DNA from: Laetmonice hystrix
Lineage: Eukaryota
DNA: 64,000 bases
Assembly (NCBI GenBank): GCA_965235115.1
Contig: OZ249440.1
Coordinates: 34,784,001-34,848,000, forward strand
Direction of reading: 5' to 3'
Shown: piece by piece, positions 63,390-64,000 of the stretch
Numbering within the stretch: position 1 is the first letter of the stretch
Layout: every line of letters begins with the position of its first letter
Made by a program: the position numbers and the translations under genes
Notes under the pieces: generated by a model
The model's input: only the letters and a program-made list of their open reading frames with translations
What the model was told of the DNA's origin: nothing
Database searches by the model: none

Positions 63390-64000
63390 CACTGGACGTC
63401 GCCGAGGATACCTTGCCGTGCCAGGCGCTACCAGACCTGGGCCCGGTTTCTCAAAACATCTCAAGGCATACTTAAAGGTGCTATTCGTGACAAAAAAAAT
63501 TTTTTAATTTTGTTGACGTTTATGTGATCCCACATATCATGGAAATAGATTCACAACAAAGGAAATCAAAATTTTTCATGGATAAAAGGCACAAATGGGG
63601 CTCTCTGTGGAGACCCTGACACGCCTCACCATAGGAAATGGCTCTATCTCGGTGCTCACCGAGATAGGTTTCAAATGCTGAACAGTTTCAAATGCTGAAC
63701 ACAAACTAATTGAAGGTTTATGAGGCCAATGGTATCGGTAGGAATTTGTTCTAGTACTATGTGCACAATGTATGATAGGAGAAATGCCATTCTGTGCGAG
63801 ATGAATAGCATCTTTAAGTACCTTGTGCTCAAATTGAGGTGTTTCTCCAAACTTTTTCACATACTTAAGCATGTGCTCAATGGCCTGATTCTGAGTATGC
63901 TACCATACTCAACCCTGAGCACCATCATCTGAATTTAAAATTAACTTATCTTCCACACTCTAGTTACCAGCCCTCTTCCTTTTTTTCCCAACTGTTCCCT

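Noticed and set aside
63476..64000. 98-aa ORF after a TTAA-AGG start
   Set aside because: Possibly another Kolobok-like end, but cut by the window edge and no motif recognised.

Overview
Eukaryotic (animal, probably invertebrate) DNA made almost entirely of nested transposable elements. I found no recognisable host gene, RNA gene or CRISPR array. Main contents: (1) a decayed CR1-group LINE (minus strand, ~1366-8541+) whose ORF1, once a palindromic TTAA MITE is excised in silico, is a coiled-coil/RRM-type ORF1 fused to a complete NADAR (YbiA-like ADP-ribose/N-glycosidase) domain; (2) a second, divergent NADAR ORF paired with an SGNH/GDSL esterase ORF just upstream; (3) many copies of one I-group (Nimb/I-like) LINE, including a full-length TSD-flanked copy (16352-23957) and three apparent insertions of the family into itself; (4) an 8.7-kb two-gene PIF/Harbinger whose transposase is broken only by a Sola-like insertion; (5) EnSpm/CACTA, Sola2, Academ, Tc1/mariner and Kolobok-like remnants and MITEs; (6) two copies of an unclassified large element with C2H2 zinc-finger exons, plus minisatellites. 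The most interesting signal is NADAR domains carried by retroelements, a possible counter-defence against ADP-ribosylation. Family assignments come from motif recognition only; no database searches were run.
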